From Simonsiella muelleri ATCC 29453 (GTDB taxonomy: Bacteria; Pseudomonadota; Gammaproteobacteria; Burkholderiales; Neisseriaceae): a DNA stretch of 64,000 nt. The stretch lies in the NCBI RefSeq assembly GCF_002951835.1, contig NZ_CP019448.1:2401382-2465381 (forward strand), given 5' to 3'. Shown here piece after piece: positions 60,386 through 64,000 of this stretch (position 1 is its first letter; the number at the start of each line of letters is the position of its first letter). A model generated the notes under the pieces. That model ran no database searches. It saw only the letters and a program-made list of their open reading frames with translations, and had not been told where the DNA came from. The translations under genes and the position numbers were made by a program.

Positions 60386-60774
60386 AGTTGTTTTATCGGC
60401 TAAATTAAGGCTAAATAAGGTCAATTATAGTCTAAATATTGGACTATTTAAAGTCCAAATTAAGCCGTTTAAAGTCTATTTTAAAGTTGCATTATGGTTT
60501 ACTTAAATCTAATTTATGGCTAATTTTGGTTTAATTGAAGTCTAAATATGGTCTATGGTGTGGGTTATATATTTTTTGTTTAAAAACCTTAAAAATTTAG
60601 AACGCAGGATAGGCACAACGTGCCAAAAACACCGCTAAATGCGATGTTTTACATTCCGCGTTCGCGGAAACGCCCCTTGTGGGGCTGGTTCATCAGGCAA
60701 AAAGAAAAGGCACTCCGAAGCCCATAGCGGACTTCGGAATGCCTTTGGTGTCAGAAAAAAAGTAGGGCTGCGCG

Positions 60775-61905
60775 TCAGCGTTCCATTTCCCAATCATCAC
60801 GACTGGGATTTTTCGGCTCGGCTTTCGGCTCGCTGATTTGGGTTTGAGATTGTTGGTGAGAATGCGCGTGGCGGTCGTAGATTTGTTGGGCTTGAGTATC
60901 CAAACTTTTTCCTGAAACTTCTTTGGCAAAATCTTTCATGATTTTGGCTTCGGTTTTGTAACCCAATTTGTACAATTCCCTCGAAATCAAGCTGTACTGC
61001 TCTGTAATGTGGTCTTTGGCTTGCTGAGCTTTTCCCTGAAAAGGATGTTGCGGTCGCTGTTGCGCTTGCAGAGCTTCTAAAATCGCTTCAACATTGGTTT
61101 GGGCAATGTGGCTGCGCTTGATGTTTTCAGGCTGCTTGCCCTGTTTTTCTTCCTGTATGGTTCGGAGAATGATTTGGCGAATGTCGGCTTTCTGCCCTTT
61201 AATGCTCTGCCCACGATGTTGTCGCCGCGTGGCGGTGCATTCTACACCTTGTTCACGCATTTTTTCAGCAAAACGGACGCGCCACTCAAACAAATCATTT
61301 TTGCGTGGATTTAAGCGGATACCATCATAATCCCTAACCATGACACACAAATGGACGTGTGGGTGTGGTGGCTCGCCGTCTCGCTCGCTTTCATGGTGCA
61401 ACACAAAGGCATATTCATGTTTTTCAAACTGTTCAGCCGCAAATTGGCGAGCCGCATTCAGTACGGCTTGCGGTGGCGTACCTGCGGGCATGGACAGCAC
61501 AATGTTAATCGCTTCGCGTTTGTCGGAATTTTCGCGTATGCCCGATTTTTGCCAATGGTTCATCAAGGATTGAATGGCTTGATTACCTTGAACTTTGTCG
61601 CCGTCTCGGGTTTCAAGTGGTAATTCGCCATTACGCGAAATGTATTTCATGTGGTTTTGTACACCGTTAATTCCTTTGGAATTTTTACTAACACGTTTGG
61701 CAATTTTAACCATCACTTCAGGCTTTTTGGCGGCGGCTGCCTGTAAATTTTTGAGACCTGTGCCTGATTTTAAACCTGTTTTTGCAAACGGTTTGGTGTT
61801 GCGGTTTGGGTTACTGCCACCGCCCAAAGAACTGCGTTTGGGTTTTACCGCATGGGTTTTGTAGCCGATGAACCAGTCATCAATTTGTTTGTTTAGTTGC
61901 TGCAT
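60775..61905 (-). CDS. Relaxase / mobilization nuclease (MobA / VirD2-like, MOBP/Q type)
   Basis: Three-His motif HHESERDGEPPHPHVHLCV. 376 aa. The C-terminus ..RDDWEMER is shared with the partial relaxase at the window end. Confidence 0.8.
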   Translation of the reverse strand: MQQLNKQIDDWFIGYKTHAVKPKRSSLGGGSNPNRNTKPFAKTGLKSGTGLKNLQAAAAKKPEVMVKIAKRVSKNSKGINGVQNHMKYISRNGELPLETRDGDKVQGNQAIQSLMNHWQKSGIRENSDKREAINIVLSMPAGTPPQAVLNAARQFAAEQFEKHEYAFVLHHESERDGEPPHPHVHLCVMVRDYDGIRLNPRKNDLFEWRVRFAEKMREQGVECTATRRQHRGQSIKGQKADIRQIILRTIQEEKQGKQPENIKRSHIAQTNVEAILEALQAQQRPQHPFQGKAQQAKDHITEQYSLISRELYKLGYKTEAKIMKDFAKEVSGKSLDTQAQQIYDRHAHSHQQSQTQISEPKAEPKNPSRDDWEMER

Positions 61906-62446
61906 ACATCAATCTCCAACTTTCGCTGAATTTAAGCGGTTTTTCTTGCTTTTCCAGTACTTTGTAAACAATATCCGTGTGATAGTCCAAATATTCCACA
62001 AATTCATTAAGCTGTTTGGTGGTAAATGAATGCGGCGACATTTCATTAAATTTTCGTGCTATTTGATTGATATTTCGCCCAATTCGTAAAAGCTGGTAAT
62101 TGTATTGAAACAGAGCTTGAACCGCGTCATTGCCTAAAACAGGTTTTTTTGTAATGTATTCGGCGATGATGTCTCGGGCTACTTCGTTTAAGGTGCTATG
62201 TTGTTCTTTGGCTTTTTGGGTCAAATAAACCTGTTGCTTGGGTGGTAATCGCAAGGTTAAACGCTCAAATAATTGTTCTTCATGTGTATTCTCTATTTCA
62301 GTCTGCCTGATTTGCGCTTGTAACAATTTTTTGGCGAGTAGAGAAACGCTGGCTTTACCGTAGCGTTCTTTGGCGATTTGCCGCAATTGCTGAATTTCAT
62401 CAGTAGTTAAGCCATAAACATCTATTTTCTTTGATAAATTTTTCAC
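61880..62446 (-). CDS. mobC: Mobilization relaxosome accessory protein MobC
   Basis: Signature LRIGRNINQIARKFNE. It overlaps the relaxase start. Confidence 0.7.
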   Translation of the reverse strand: MKNLSKKIDVYGLTTDEIQQLRQIAKERYGKASVSLLAKKLLQAQIRQTEIENTHEEQLFERLTLRLPPKQQVYLTQKAKEQHSTLNEVARDIIAEYITKKPVLGNDAVQALFQYNYQLLRIGRNINQIARKFNEMSPHSFTTKQLNEFVEYLDYHTDIVYKVLEKQEKPLKFSESWRLMYAATKQTN

Positions 62447-62458
62447 TTTTTTCTCCGA

Positions 62459-62641
62459 CTATTCATAATTGATTGCGGTATCGTGTTTTAAAGTGCGCCG
62501 CCAATACTGTTTTTCACAGCGTTGGCAGTAATAGCGAAAGCGGCGGTCGCTGGCTTCGGTAACCACCACGCCAACACCGCAATTTTGGCAATAAAATTGA
62601 CGTGGTAAAGTCAAGTCGCCACTAAACTGCTTGACTTTCAT
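62459..62641 (-). CDS. Small zinc-ribbon protein
   Basis: CQNCG ... CQRCEK. 60 aa. Confidence 0.35.
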   Translation of the reverse strand: MKVKQFSGDLTLPRQFYCQNCGVGVVVTEASDRRFRYYCQRCEKQYWRRTLKHDTAINYE

Positions 62642-63191
62642 TTTCCAAATCTTTCAATAGATTACGGTAATATTCGGCAATCTCATCTTGTTGGCTGGCG
62701 GACAGTTTTTGGGTTGCATTGGGCAGTTTTTTCAGGCGAATAAGCTCATCAATTTGGCTTTGGCTTAATCGTTCATGCAACCATGCGGCACTTTCCAAAA
62801 TATCCTTACTAAACCAATAATTATGACAATGGTGGCAGAGTGCAGCCGCATTGTCGGGGTGGTAACGAATGCTGTAAAAACGCCGTGAAAAATGGTGGGA
62901 ACATTGCAGAGCTGTTGATTTTTTTGGGTATTGTTTGCCACAGCGTTCGCAACAATAGTTTGCCCTTGCTCTGATGTAGTCTGAAAAGGCTAAATCAGCG
63001 GCGGTATGGGTAAAGTTTTCGGTGGGTGTGTCGGGTTTCTCTTTGTGCAGTTTTTTCATTAAAACAATGGTTTCACTCAATAAATCATAGAGCGCGGTTT
63101 GCTGAAATTTTTTGCAATCACGTTGCCAAATTTTCAACTGAGCGATGTGTGCTTCAATCGGGTTGCTTTCTTTGAGTTTAATTACGGTCAT
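62622..63191 (-). CDS. HNH-like / zinc-finger nuclease-family protein
   Basis: CCERCG ... CSHHFSRR ... CHHCH. Confidence 0.4.
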   Translation of the reverse strand: MTVIKLKESNPIEAHIAQLKIWQRDCKKFQQTALYDLLSETIVLMKKLHKEKPDTPTENFTHTAADLAFSDYIRARANYCCERCGKQYPKKSTALQCSHHFSRRFYSIRYHPDNAAALCHHCHNYWFSKDILESAAWLHERLSQSQIDELIRLKKLPNATQKLSASQQDEIAEYYRNLLKDLENESQAV

Positions 63192-63266
63192 GGTGTTCTC
63201 CCAAAAACAAAACCCTGATTAACCATTTGGCTAAACAGGGTCTTATCTCAAAAATAAAAAATAAAA

Positions 63267-64000
63267 TCAGCGTTCCATTTCCCAATCATTATCACGGCTG
63301 GGCGCGCGCTCGTGTTTGGGTTCATGGACTTTTTCAGGCTGCCTGTCTTGCGTTTTCGCAGGGTCAGGCGCGTGATATTTGCCATCACGGATTAAATCGC
63401 TTTGGTTCTCGTAAATGGCTTGGCGCGTTTTTTCGTGGAACTCGGCTGGCATATGGCGCATGGCTGCCAATGCTTGCCGCTCGTAAAACCGTGCTTTGTG
63501 TTGCTGCTCGGTCGGCAGCGTTGCCAATTTGCTTTCGTATTGCGCTTTGGCGGTGTCGCTGGGCTTGGGCGCGTTGGTCTGCTGCGCTTGTGTGGCATGG
63601 GCTTTAACCGTGTCCGCCGCTTTGACTGCTTCAGTTGGAATGGTTTTCATGGTGCTTTCGGGACGTTCAGGCATGGCGGATTGCTGTTTTAGCTTTTCGG
63701 CTTCGGCAATACTGTTGGTGGCTCGTTCTTCGCGGCGGCGTTCCAAAATGGTTAAATCTTCGGGGCTGGGTTTGTAGCCTTTGGTGGCAATGCCGCGACT
63801 TTCTGCTTCCAACCACATTTGCTGCTTAAATTCTTGGCTGCCTGAAATTTTGATACTGTCCCAACCTTTGGCTTTTGCTACGTCCAACATATCTTGAATG
63901 GTTTGTTTGTCGTCTCGGGCGGTGTGTAGGGTTTTGCCTTTGTCTTCAAACAACACCGTTTTGGGATTGTCGGGTGCAGTGTAACGCAACAAATGTGCGC
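63267..64000 (-). CDS. C-terminal part of a second relaxase (LPD7-like tail). The 5' end lies outside the window.
   Basis: It ends ..SRDNDWEMER like the relaxase at 60775, and it contains KGWDSIKISGSQEFK...RGIATKGY. The nucleotide string CAGCGTTCCATTTCCCAATCAT is shared at both gene ends. Confidence 0.6.
   Translation of the reverse strand, partial: AHLLRYTAPDNPKTVLFEDKGKTLHTARDDKQTIQDMLDVAKAKGWDSIKISGSQEFKQQMWLEAESRGIATKGYKPSPEDLTILERRREERATNSIAEAEKLKQQSAMPERPESTMKTIPTEAVKAADTVKAHATQAQQTNAPKPSDTAKAQYESKLATLPTEQQHKARFYERQALAAMRHMPAEFHEKTRQAIYENQSDLIRDGKYHAPDPAKTQDRQPEKVHEPKHERAPSRDNDWEMER

Overview
This 64 kb window looks like chromosome from a low-GC member of the Neisseriaceae; my rough count gives about 42% GC. 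The strongest evidence is the 12-mer AGGCAGCCTGAA, usually embedded in the near-palindrome TTTCAGGC(A/T)GCCTGAAA, which occurs about once per kb, inside genes as well as between them. This corresponds to the AG-kingDUS / AG-simDUS dialect of the Neisseriaceae DNA uptake sequence, which points to a Kingella / Simonsiella / Alysiella-like organism. The tandem pilin genes are also Kingella-like. Inverted DUS pairs recur as apparent transcription terminators.

The housekeeping backbone comprises gldA (3' end), hemA, two LysR regulators, tyrS, a CueR-like MerR regulator, a class I fumarase, ampD, a YdcF/DUF218 protein, tandem type IV pilin genes, edd, an IS5-family insertion sequence, ribF, tRNA-fMet, rnhB, a low-molecular-weight tyrosine phosphatase, a DEAD-box helicase, an RNase II-family enzyme, a flotillin, psd, a BI-1/YccA protein, rplM-rpsI, lpxB, def, radA, mnmG, a GluP-like MFS transporter, an ABC permease, a BON-domain lipoprotein and tRNA-Lys.

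The accessory content is the interesting part:
- An AT-rich array of bacteriocin-like precursor and immunity cassettes (26.5-29.05 kb). It has a repeated 5' recombination 'handle', orphan cassettes, a G5 tract that shifts the reading frame, and a standalone Sec-exported C39-type (double-glycine) peptidase.
- A second, colicin V-like module (21.96-23.7 kb): a Gly-rich peptide with a double-glycine-type leader, a small membrane protein and a JmjC/cupin-4 oxygenase.
- A new MITE family with TAGAACCTGT... terminal inverted repeats (at least 8 copies). One copy supplies the cueR stop codon, one sits between the two pilin genes, and two flank the fumarase gene.
- Two unusual fusions. LpxB carries a roughly 660 aa disordered tail with 63 bp tandem repeats. 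Psd carries a roughly 300 aa Ala/Glu/Lys coiled-coil tail with 72 bp tandem repeats.
- A mobilizable element of at least 13.4 kb integrated at the 3' end of tRNA-Lys (50.6 kb to the window end). It carries int/xis, IncP-like TraK/TrbM/TraL/TraM-type genes, a cI/cro switch, iteron clusters, a Phd/YefM-coupled unknown partner and tandem MobC-relaxase modules.

I found no rRNA genes and no CRISPR array.
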